In this document: piece by piece, positions 11,901-19,239 of the stretch | Layout: every line of letters begins with the position of its first letter | How positions within the stretch are numbered: the first letter of the stretch is position 1 | NCBI GenBank assembly: GCA_965644315.1 | Contig: CBFFRQ010000041.1 | Coordinates: 62,001-126,000, forward strand | Direction: 5' to 3' | From: Caecitellus pseudoparvulus | Lineage: Eukaryota; Protista; Bigyra: Bicosoecida | DNA length: 64,000 bases | Program-made: the position numbers and the translations under genes | The notes under the pieces: model-generated | What the model saw: only the letters and a program-made list of their open reading frames with translations | Database searches by the model: none | What the model was told of the DNA's origin: nothing

Positions 11901-12095
11901 GCTGCCAGGCGACCCAACATGTGTCATGGCTTTCAAAAAGCCCGAGGGGTCGTGCAGCTCCAGGCCTGCGTGTGTGAACACCGCCATGACAGAGCTGGAC
12001 AGCAGGCCTCGAGTGGCTGTGGCAGGAAACGCCGCAGACAGCAGGCCGTCTGCGGCGGCGGGCATGCATGCCACACTCCACGCCTCCCCGTCCAT
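2979..12095 (-). CDS. Giant Ala/Pro/Gly-rich protein (3038 aa) with two PH-like segments reminiscent of the RME-8/DNAJC13 N-terminus
   Basis: 9.1-kb uninterrupted ORF. Segments 'PVRLQV...VLAVLPLRHV...LHSAHRNDLALAIQ' and 'YLVLTATHLLQ...VPLACIVAV' look PH-like. The start may be further upstream and the family call is tentative. Confidence 0.7.
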   Translation of the reverse strand: MDGEAWSVACMPAAADGLLSAAFPATATRGLLSSSVMAVFTHAGLELHDPSGFLKAMTHVGSPGSNGLLPASPATPLHAGKGRCFPAWRLSGVSVVPTAPRDVAITLAPSADAGRLQAFQQQLFCQWSAAVRQLLLRRMAASAAHTEDIALRHADALKGLEAAAPPGHPRGPTLPSEEAVSVAVAQWVAEGHAACSATAVAAITGCGNGSLTNPALAAAWQDWLSACTAEVHEGEEGAVPPPPALALPSLPSASGAKLKETLRLASPAAASAFVAAWRRAQQVWLLGPWLRSRPQEGPIPGMGLPPPMLAPLLPSTFPAHLLDGTPPRLTQVEGGTTLLPTRVPVRLQVLASDLLFRCGASVLAVLPLRHVAAVRLSRAADHDQVLQVVPGGGATVPITLHSAHRNDLALAIQRGVTASLSVEVPLEHADGALAPTLALPGQVDGMDGAPRQEGESGQYACSTSCPLSPCGLFYTASLPGGGVLALPAAAGHGTWHQWRAHALHQVPVRPASTLDAAAASVPSDLPQGQVYLVLTATHLLQVVQWSMAVGGPEEGGRQLVHRLVTQAVPLACIVAVAAGEGHCSDLHIVAHMPVLPQAAVRDSEGRTPQPTVQGQTEAPMTYYALHTQWTVLPGDMPPHSTDGRVVVWEGDALDCSQVAGAFLQALLASCTAAVSACADGTASSAALLLGPMLETPAACHQDAPAHSVPQAVFGVWRQADLATITNSWLTDTAVGHRTATCNNGYSADAMGLGPDVVPPHLLHAYLFSPFRWAGGRAHRAARYALSSPQRSSQAAAAAGYRRDAGAAPDAEDVAPSQACLVLRFGLPSGNDCPPYHSLHPVGQAASSTDAAMWSDAADVAAPAATALHVTETPPSLPEGAGSTPPAPALAAPAGRQPVAPSTPVRQPASRAHTPGMTLTSPQPMPGAGPGEGRPLFDVLLPEVAAGVLNAGASHACQPVVPATALQAHLISLLRRKGDVPAAALWHMLVTLLRHSLGRPAAASLLAHVTAGVTAPLPHVQGLPSAIVAVVEAALEAKVHLVAHQLAGALAKHRRSGVGVGSARIPPPGPCALQPQPGSPPALPWRNWLSPSAQPFRVVVSSAASGPPHWAVVGQGGAGLPLSAAAGAVALGGTLSPLLCACITLHSMVGHCAAVVGGDTSHTADVRAAAVRAESLARTLAESASTMHTAASRSDVSAAPAARAGWWPFRPKAAAGAGVEGGQPADSTPPPSPAPPPSAASLTLSLPALLLRVSSALASALSAVEALALRLPSAPSGPHLLPAGVLPYAGASAAGLDGWPGANLLQAAGMLPTLPQDALLPLCLHTAAAHAASLSPPPPPAPDRVSAWLATAIMAGGLPLPAGSDARLAQALLQGGAGGPMPGSSAAFPLPGTQPGCSGWGAPLSRRSHHSLLTLLAAAGSSLLRRCVASKGGFEECAGALMSTSPPLPDSGPARLQACILAGDTHTESLVEGLVSGSDAQQGTPGGGSPAATAALALVLSPQHVATLLQETGHTLQLCSSAGGADGATCMLPPSLAEHLQAAPALCQLLTEGLAQGTQRSGSVLSAAPSTAWAAAGLLEAGLIRRAPSKRLAEPSAVEEASAVPLSVAPLAEVLDVGGAEEGEAGLPSCAALLQLSGLPAASCGSVYLGSKNEGAARARVLGAASTAALRSAGLASATLRRSLWSVRAASTPPHALRGWLLHTLCEGGMLPDSMVPAACADLACQLTDALAAGRCLEAQAAACDLSSALYALGEAAELDVARLQCSSSALLTTLRSASDLQLHPANLPGGPLVPVGLAPAASPAGVHAAPSPATVGGPSLVMLRCFQGYLLDAGHWGAWLGAVLTGHCVPSLHALWPSMLGLLRAACRGHVGLLATLATTPPPHLVAPSPDLNLAPPPGAMPPLSWREVQVALLGGGGSGLPRPLPLVPILPVDGVAAAGPEAHRASVLLSLQALALAQAPVDGQRGSVAGAHILRRRLGEMGVPPAHAAAVMALARSPWLPAGDGEGACGHIVPARDTHPAHTRSKSLWQVMTGAAASADAASGRSSPPSPSHSQLRDITKARVQRGHLQASGMVLTATPPRLRRAGATTPSTPSTAVPRTPRTPATPRTPSSRRARQHALSPPSLLGRAAGTARGMPVSTQLMLAVGAGGAAASTSARAAAAATAAAAASGALRTPGTPKRSWRSSHAAAGVPGEAGKFRTYPRIPPSTSSAALDWLSHTRNVLPRELWVPALAQEAEMPALSLVCTQVPLSGHGEWRTPLGRWGPAAATAWLQGQRQGSLDEALLVPEDAPPALHWLLTPSAFVSPAHPRAVRAALALAVRPSAALAVPPLHALLQRRSGQLLSLLWQAGAQCNGRAVAALGQAVWRTALCGGDGQVLAGPQLRLPPALLGSWSDAMEAGAAVLRSGLRAVREGGFSALLLGRLSSAWAACISTSALVEAAEPLLPLLWSVGEELALAEQGVRQWCHGVCCVLWASVGGGSASAPLLWAALGTHDAAADAGTQPGTPVQPPASPLGSPPRSPTQPTHSGPGRVLPAHVPTPAAPGSTPAALLHSLHLAAGIDSEACVELPPPPLAFRCWDEPGLLRALTVALAGSYAADALVVLGVLWLECGALWQAPTDDATAQLLCDTRHHLACIACPAPALSRVSGGQAVAGVLVEALRLLALPRQALSPAWLQLAAPFLTEPGDGSCSGAGAEAAAAPPPPACAEPAAAPATPELPPPPPSPERSPPERRASSGSVASSKASAQGAEVVERHRREAGEVVPSAPPPQDLDISTGAWGRNGAVLDDMCLSPVTEGVSPADGEGGPVQGARGMPRTLVPLTGMHDESFSASAAALRRQGAALRESLSDSGAVPRHRDGGRRRRSGGAGRRRHRRSPTAGRRSRQDAPPTTITIRAGGGLLEVGLPQPGGRRRRSRSSTGSRGSSGSDGGSSSASDAGWASSGTGRRGRRTQGLRRRSGVRRRQRGGGGTAQACTVAPSAPPLDASATMDPTPGLDFSKGQGSGGEADEVGFVTTRTSTRQRRLGHARSKTAGV

Positions 12096-12380
12096 GGCAG
12101 CTCGCTGGACAGGCGCGGGGCTGCGCTGAGCGGCAGGCGGTGGCTCTCAGGGCCAGCGCCGGTGCAGTCTGTAGACTGGCTTCGCTCAACGGGCGAGGGC
12201 GAGCTGTGGACACGGCGAGGGAGCGGGGGCCTCGGCCATGTGCGGGCGCACGGGCGATGCAGCAAGGTGGCCTGATGTGCGGTGGCAGGCTGTGTGAGTG
12301 CCCTTGGCGGGGTGGGCGACAATGAAATTACAGGAGCATATGGAAATGGACAGCAGGCGGGCAGCGGGATCGGCGGCTGC

Positions 12381-13769
12381 TCAGACCACCTTGCCCACGC
12401 CGGCGTTCGCCTTCAGAATGCCAAAGGCCGCGGGCAGGTCATACTCTGCGCCAGCTGCCTCCTCCTTCACTGTCTCGCCCGTGGCGATGTTGGCTTCCGA
12501 GACGGCGTTGGCGCGAAACGCCAGCAACGCACGCACGGCGCTGGCCGCGTGGCTGCCCACTGCCGACGCCATGTGCAGCTCCGCAGGGGAAAAGCGGTCC
12601 CCCGTCTCGCGGAGCACCTGCAGGACCCCAATGGGCGCATGCTGCTCGTCGAAGAGGGGCAGGAAGTACGCCGTCTGCCGCCCCTCGTACGCCGCGAGGG
12701 TGTACTGCGCGTCGTTGGGGCCGGGGCTGAACACGTCAGCCGCCTCCCAGGCGGTCTCCACGTGGGGCACGGCAGGCTTCACCGCCTGTGGCAGCTGGTC
12801 CTTGTACTTGGTGGCCCACTGCACCGCATCGTGGGCCAGGTCAGTCGTGTACATCCCTGTGCGCAGGCGAGACACCAGCTGCAGCGGGTGCCCTGCGTCA
12901 CTGCGCGGCACCACCAAGCGGCGCAGGCGTGGGTGGACCGCGTGCCCGCTGCTAGGTGGGGCGGCATCCCCCGTCACGAGGGAGAAGAGGTCTCGGGAGT
13001 CCGGGTCCACGACGAAGAGCGTGACGGAGTCCGCCGCCAGCAGGCCGTCCATCTCCGCCACTGTGTCCATGTAGTGCTTGCACTTCTCAGCCACGATGCG
13101 GTGCACGGTGGCAGCAGGCGTGGCCAGGCCCACGCTGGCCTTGGCGGCGTCCACCTTGGCTTTGAGCCATTTCGGCAGCACGATGAGCAGCGGCACCATG
13201 CCCAGCAAGCACCCCACCATGATGCCGACTGTCTTGCCAAAGCCGCGGGAGGTGCGGTACCGCCCACTGCGGCGCTGTGCCGCCGTCAGGGGCGGCTCCT
13301 TCACCCCTGCCGTGCGCTCGATGAAGGACTCCAGCTGCACGCCGGCGACGTCAGACACCATGTTGCCCAGCCCGGCGGCGGCCATGGTGGACAGGCCGAA
13401 CATGACGCCTAGGGACGCGTCGATCTCCTCGCCCGCCAGGATCATGATGACGTTGTCCGTGAAGCCGAAGCCCACGGCGGGCAGCCCCGCCGCCACCATC
13501 ACGATGGCTGCCTGTCCGCTCGTGAGCGGCGGAGGGGCTTGGCTGGCCGCTGCGAAAGCCTTCAGCGTGCCCGCCACCGCCTTGCCCGGGTCTGGGCCTT
13601 CGAGGGCCTGAGAGATGCTGGCTGCTGCTGCCTCGGGTTCCTCTGCGATGTACGTCTTCAACTGCTCCAGCTGGCTGGGGGGAGGCGTGCTTGCAGCAAC
13701 TGCAAATTCCGCACGGCACACCCTGCCCAGGCCTGCCCGCGCGACCCGGGCAGCGGAACGGGCCAGCAT
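12381..13769 (-). CDS. Mitochondrial TMEM65-domain protein fused to a C-terminal GAF domain
   Basis: Presequence MLARSAARVARAGLGRVCR. TMEM65 signature P.VGFGFTDNVIMILAGEEID...STMAAAGLGNMVSDVAG. GAF-like 'ADSVTLFVVDPDSRDL...LPLFDEQHAPIGVLQV...FSPAELHMASAVGSHAA'. Confidence 0.85.
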   Translation of the reverse strand: MLARSAARVARAGLGRVCRAEFAVAASTPPPSQLEQLKTYIAEEPEAAAASISQALEGPDPGKAVAGTLKAFAAASQAPPPLTSGQAAIVMVAAGLPAVGFGFTDNVIMILAGEEIDASLGVMFGLSTMAAAGLGNMVSDVAGVQLESFIERTAGVKEPPLTAAQRRSGRYRTSRGFGKTVGIMVGCLLGMVPLLIVLPKWLKAKVDAAKASVGLATPAATVHRIVAEKCKHYMDTVAEMDGLLAADSVTLFVVDPDSRDLFSLVTGDAAPPSSGHAVHPRLRRLVVPRSDAGHPLQLVSRLRTGMYTTDLAHDAVQWATKYKDQLPQAVKPAVPHVETAWEAADVFSPGPNDAQYTLAAYEGRQTAYFLPLFDEQHAPIGVLQVLRETGDRFSPAELHMASAVGSHAASAVRALLAFRANAVSEANIATGETVKEEAAGAEYDLPAAFGILKANAGVGKVV

Positions 13770-14220
13770 GGTGCTTTTCCGCCCTATACGCAACTAACCA
13801 CGGCGTGGCCTGCCAGGGATATCCGTGTAAGTACCTGTGGAAGTGGGTTGCTGCTCGTCCGAAGCACCGAGCCTGCCTTCGCTCTGGCTCAGAAAGTGCC
13901 GCTGCTGTCCGTGCTGCTGTCGAAAGCGCGTTGCTTCGCTGTGCCTGTGCTTGGGTGCTGCAGGTGGGAAGGGGTGTGTACTGGCACGGAGGGGCACTTG
14001 GTCATCAATATTGTGAGAATCAGAGCCTTCAGCGCTAGGTGTGGCATGCTCGGTAAGAGGAGGGTTGGCTACAAAGGGTACGCAGTTGGGAGACTGCAAG
14101 GATACAGCAAACGTACAACTCATTGCCACTCCGCGGTCACATCGCACCCCCACTGCCACCCCCCCACCTGCTCCATCGCCCCATTTGCGATCACAGTTGG
14201 GTCTCGGACAGCTTGGAGCC

Positions 14221-15786
14221 ATGGGAGCGGGGTGGTCCGAAACGCAGCCGAAACGGGACGAGCCGCAAGCCGCGGCCCCCCAGCCCAAGGCAGCTGGGTG
14301 TGTGGACCAGCACTTCCTTGACCAGGCTGCAGCATGTGGTGCAACAGTGCTACGCACTGCATGTGGCGTGCACGTTGTGTTCCTGCCCAGTGATGCAGCA
14401 CACACTGGCGCTAGCGAGGTGACGACGCTGGTCTCTACCTGCCGCCCCGCTGAAGCCCTGGTGTGGCACGCCAACCCAGGCGACCTCCTCTTCCGGGGCT
14501 TCGAGGGCAGCCGTCTGAACAGCAAACAGGCCACCCAGCTGTTCCAAGACATGCAGAAGCGCTGGCTCTCCACGCGCGCCCTTGCAAACATCCAGCGCAG
14601 CGGACCGCCCTCTCGAGGCGAGGCCTGGTGTGGCCTGGCCCGCCCTGCCTCCGCAGGCGTGGCGGCAGCCCAGCAGCGGCACTTGGGTGCCCAGGTCTGG
14701 GCAGGCATAGCTGGTCTGCCCAGCCCCACTCAGCGCGTCATGAGCACCGTCGCCACTGCCGCAGCGCGGGGGGTGCCAGTCACCGTGGTGGAGGCTGCGT
14801 GGGCTGGGCGCGCCGACGCAACAGCTCGGCTCATGCCCTGGCTCGTGCCACTGCCGAGTGCGGACGTGCCGGGCATGCGGCAGTGGCTGCGCTGGTTCGC
14901 CCTGCACGTGGCGCGGGTGTGGGGCGGCGTGGGGGAGGGCGAGGCCTCAGAGCTGGCGGCAGTGGGGCACGGCTCAATGCCTGGCGCTGCTGTGGCTGTC
15001 AGCGGCATGGCCAGCCTGGTGCGGCAGGGGCAGCGCCTGGTGCCGGCGCTGGCCCTGCCTGATGACCCGGCGCAGGGCGCTCTGACGCGGGCAGTGGCGG
15101 ATCAGCTGGCGCCGTGTCTCGGACTACCCCCCTTCACCCCCCTCCCGTCCACCTGCACGTGGCTACAGGACCTGGCGCCCCTGGGCAGCCTGGTGGCACG
15201 CAGGGTGCACGGCCTGGCCAGCGCCCACGACAGTGACTCGTACGTCCTTGTGACGTTGCCAGCCCCCCTCACGTCAGCTGTGCAGGGTGCTTGGCCAGGC
15301 GTGGTGGGCGCGGAGACACACGATTCGGCAGGGTGGGCCAGGGCCAACATAGCCCGGCATGCTGCGCTGTGGGCGGATGTGGAGGAGGGCGGGGACGGAC
15401 GCGGGAGCTGCCTGGGCGGCCTGACGCCAGGGCACGTCTCCCGTATCCCCGCCGCGGGCCTGGCGCAAGGTGTGGTGCAGGGTGCAGTGCAGGGGGGGGC
15501 AGCTGGCCCCTGGCCTGACGCACGCCCCGCCACGGCCCTGCTGCTGGACTCTGCCTTCACCAGTGGCGTGGACCCGGCCACCCTGTCTGCGCCACTGGCC
15601 GCCCTGGCGTCCCAGCGGCGGTGGGAACATGTGGGGGTGGGCGTCACTGTGGGCGTGCTGGGGCTGGCTGGCATGCGGCAGCTGGGGCGTGTGTCTTGGC
15701 CAGCTGGGGCGGTGGCAGGGGCGGTGGTGGGCACGGCGGTTGGCTCAGCTGTGGTCGGCATCATGCAAGCTCCAATGCAGTCATGA
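14221..15786 (+). CDS. Hypothetical membrane protein, possibly a divergent TraB/TRABD-like domain with C-terminal TM helices
   Basis: Long ORF with a probable start MGAGWS and two hydrophobic C-terminal segments. Weak TraB-like patterns: 'SEVTTLVSTCRP', 'AAARGVPVTVVE', 'VLVTLPAPLTSAVQGAW'. Confidence 0.55.
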   Translation: MGAGWSETQPKRDEPQAAAPQPKAAGCVDQHFLDQAAACGATVLRTACGVHVVFLPSDAAHTGASEVTTLVSTCRPAEALVWHANPGDLLFRGFEGSRLNSKQATQLFQDMQKRWLSTRALANIQRSGPPSRGEAWCGLARPASAGVAAAQQRHLGAQVWAGIAGLPSPTQRVMSTVATAAARGVPVTVVEAAWAGRADATARLMPWLVPLPSADVPGMRQWLRWFALHVARVWGGVGEGEASELAAVGHGSMPGAAVAVSGMASLVRQGQRLVPALALPDDPAQGALTRAVADQLAPCLGLPPFTPLPSTCTWLQDLAPLGSLVARRVHGLASAHDSDSYVLVTLPAPLTSAVQGAWPGVVGAETHDSAGWARANIARHAALWADVEEGGDGRGSCLGGLTPGHVSRIPAAGLAQGVVQGAVQGGAAGPWPDARPATALLLDSAFTSGVDPATLSAPLAALASQRRWEHVGVGVTVGVLGLAGMRQLGRVSWPAGAVAGAVVGTAVGSAVVGIMQAPMQS

Positions 15787-15850
15787 ATTGGACATTACAC
15801 ACACGTGCGGCGACACGAGGGGGGGGGGTTGGGGTGACGGCGCGAAGCCT

Positions 15851-16700
15851 TCATGACCCAGGGGCAGCCAGCGGCGTGGACACCACGGTGCCCCCTGCCG
15901 GGGATGTGGTGCTGGCGGAAGTGTGCTCCAGGCGCACAGCGAAGGAGGAGCGGGAGCGGGGCGCGCCGCCAGAGCTGGCTGCCGCCGCGCGGGCAGCTGC
16001 GCCAGTCAGCGTGCAGGTCACCACCAGCACCGGCAGGTCCCGTGACGCCTCGCAGGCGTGCAGGACGACCAGGTCAGAGGGGATGTTCAGCAGGAACATG
16101 GTCTTGCTCAAGCCCCCCGCGCACAGGACGAACTGGTTCACACCCACGGACGTGATGCTGGCGTTGGGGTCGAGCTCTGGGAAGCGCAGCGTTGCGAGGC
16201 CCGAGTGAGCGTGTGCCGCTGCGCTGGCGACGGCACGCCTTGAGGAACGCACCAGGGAAGTCTGTATCAACGCTTCCGTCGTCCTCCGCCACATGCAGCG
16301 CGAACCGTGTGCCCTGCGGCGTGCCAGGCGGTGCACCGTGCAGAACAGGGCGGGGCAGGCAATTTCCGCAGCGCGACCCACCGTTGCTGGCTTGGCCACG
16401 AGGCCCTCGCCCACAGCAGCCTCAATGACGGCATTAATGACTTGTTGGATCTGGGGCGGGGTGAGGGGCGGCAGCGTGCGGCGCCAGGTGCCCAGGAGGC
16501 GGCGGCAGGCGCTGCGAGGCCGTGCTCACCGTGAAGGGTGTGGGCAGCTTTGAAACGGCGGAATCTCCCACGCTGGCTGCGCTGACTGTGGCTGTCACGG
16601 TGGTGGTTGCAGCATCTGGCTTCGAAACCCGGATGGAGGAGCTGGTCCGGGGGCGGTGGGAGCGCGGGCTCGTGAGACGCAGCGTGCCTGAGCCGACCAT
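15851..16700 (-). CDS. SIN1/MAPKAP1 CRIM-domain protein, 4 exons
   Basis: Splicing three GT-AG introns gives ...IQQVINAVIEAA..PAT|GTRFALHVAEDDGSVDTDFP|ELDPNASITSVGVNQFVLC, which matches the SIN1 CRIM motif LHIAEDDGEVDTDFPPLD. Start codon uncertain. Confidence 0.75.
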
Positions 16701-17157
16701 GCGCCTGGCACAACTCACGCTGCCAGGGAAGCTGTCAGTGCCGAGGCCTTGGGCTCAGCCACCCGGATGTCTTCCTTCGCAAAGTCAAGGGCCATGGCGT
16801 GAATTTCCAAGCGGGTGCAGGGCACAGGTCAGGAGATGCTCAGAGCCCGGGAGGCTGGCAGAGCCTGGATCGCGCAGGCAATGCGCCTGTCTTGACGGTT
16901 CGGCGTTGGCGCCGCGGAGCTGTCGTTGCGCCACTGCGGCAGCTTTGCGCAGGCAGGCAGCAGGGCAGGGAGGACCGGGACGAGGCGCAACTGACATGGC
17001 TTGGCGAAGGCAGACGTGTTGAGTTCTGCAGCGTGGGTTCGGTTGCGAGTGGTGGGAGTGCAGGGTGTGCGCCACCACCCCCCCCTCAGCATGCAGGAAC
17101 GCTGCTGCCTGAAACCTGCCGGTGTGGCTGCCGGTGTGGCTGCCCCTGCTGGTGGCT

Positions 17158-18505
17158 TCACGGCGCCCCTGACAACATGCCCACGAAGGGGTCTGCCGTC
17201 ACCACCACGACAGCCTGTGCTGGCACGCCGCAAATCCAATGCGACTGCTCATTCGTGAGGAACATCTTGCCGTTGCCGAGGGCCAAGTCGCCCACGTTCA
17301 CGCCTGGCGGCGTCCACTGCACTGCTCCCGGAACGAGGGCACTGTCCGCGCTGCTGCAGACGGCGACGGGCGCGCCCGAACCATCATCCACCCGACTGCG
17401 CTTGGCGCCTTGCTGTGCCGCGGCGTTGGACGGCTGGCGCAGCAGCCCCATGGCGTTGCGCCGCACTGACCGTTGGGCCTTGCTGCTCAGTCCCCGCGCA
17501 TTCAACGGCAGAGACAGGGCCCAGGCGTGCAGGCACATGCGGGGTGCAGGCAGCACAGAGCCGTACGCGACGTCCCCCACAATGGCGTGGCCGATGGACT
17601 TCAAGTGCAGGCGCAGCTGGTGCCGGCGGCCCGATCGTGGTGCCAGCACCAGCCGGCTCACGGGCTTCCCGTCCATGTACCCATGCTGCAAGACCTGCAC
17701 CAGGGTGCGCGCACTCTGCGTTGGGAAGGGCACAGGGCGCGTGCGAACGCTGCGTGTGGGGCGGGGCGCGGGCGTGCACACTCACCCTGCCGCTGCCCCC
17801 CGGAGCAGTGACTTGCATGGTGAACTCGCCCTCAGCGCCTGCGCCGATGGCGGCGTCAATGAAGAAGCCAGGCGCAGGCACAGCGGCATGGCTGCCCCCT
17901 GCCGCCGCGCTGGGGGCGCCAGCCTGTGTGGCGCCCTCGTCTGCCCACAGCACGGCCTCCCCTGCGTGTGCTGGCGCGTCCTCTGGCACCAGCACACCTG
18001 GCAGGAAGGCGGCAGGGGTCACGGCAGTGCCTGGCTGGACCGTGCCCAAGATGTGCTCATGGGGGGACAAGGGGGTGACCTTGACGTGGTCGCAGGTGCC
18101 GCTGGGCGCGGCAGGCACGTGCCCCTCCACCAGCGCGAGGTACACCTTGCAGGCCAGGCGCTGCTCAAACAGCGCCGCCACAGGCGCCGAGCCAGCCTTG
18201 GTCAGGCCCACCGCCATGCAGCCAGAAGTGGCGTAGTCCAGGCGGTGGATCCACCGCGGTGACTTGATGCCGTACAGGGCAGCCAGTGCAGGGCGCACGC
18301 CGGCCGAGGGGGACTCTGCCGTGCCTTCTCCCCCCTCCAGGCGCAAGTCGTACGGCTTGTGCACAACGACAAAGCCTGGGCTGGAAAACAGCACAGGGAT
18401 GTCTGACGCCGTCACAGACTCCACTTCCTGGAACCTGCACAACTGCCTGCCCGCCTCCTGGGCTGCCTGCTCCGGTGTCGTGCCGCTGCTGCTCTGCGCG
18501 GCCAT
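17158..18505 (-). CDS. RluA-family RNA pseudouridine synthase (RPUSD1-like)
   Basis: VVVHKP, IHRLDYATSG (catalytic Asp), KVYLALVEG, SGRRHQLRLHL..IGHAIVGD, RMCLHA. Intron at 17716-17785. Confidence 0.9.
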
Positions 18506-18838
18506 GGCAAAGGGTGCTGGGTGTGAGAACCAATTTCCGCGCGAATTTCCTCGCCACGCCCGTGCCGGTGCACTGGCGGCGTTGCTGAGTCTGATGGAGG
18601 TCTGGCGGGCAAGTGCATTGGTCCTTCCATGTACTGGTGGTCCAGTTGTTTGTTTGTTTTAGCTGCAGGAGGCGACGTGCCGGTGTTGGATCGTACAGCG
18701 CAAGACCTCTGCACATTTGAGTCGCCCAATCGCAGGCTCACAGCGAACTTGGAATAATGCACAGCAAAGCACTGGAGGTGTAGGAAAAGGATGCAGACAG
18801 AGCGGCGAGACTTCCAGGCGTCTGTCATCGAAAAAGAT

Positions 18839-18910
18839 TGGACACGCGGGGAATCGAACCCCGGACCTCATCAATGCGAATGATGCGTGCTACCACTGTA
18901 CCACGCGCCC
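18839..18910 (-). tRNA. tRNA-Ala(CGC)
   Basis: Reverse complement GGGCGCGTGGTACAGTGGTAGCACGCATCATT-CGC-ATTGATGAGGTCCGGGGTTCGATTCCCCGCGTGTCCA, with the G3:U70 Ala identity pair and a T5 terminator at 18831-18835. Confidence 0.95.
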
Positions 18911-19239
18911 ATCGATGTTGAGGGAGACTTATTTTGAGCTTTTAATGAACGCAAAATTTCGAGAATCTGGCTGTGTTCGTCGCAGTGCCAAGTCCTTGCC
19001 ACATTCAAACACCAGCTCAAAGTGGCACCTGCGCCGCACATGCCAGCCGCAAGCACCCCAGCTACACCCAACAGGGCACATCACAGTGAGTACTCCCCAG
19101 AAGCCACGCCCCACGAGCTGTGCACTGCACGTTGCGCCGTGCTGCCGACAACCACAGCTCGCACGAGGCAGGCACCGTCGCCAGCGATTGTGCGTCGCTG
19201 CGGCACGCAGTGCACACCCGGCACTGCCTCCTCAAGGTC

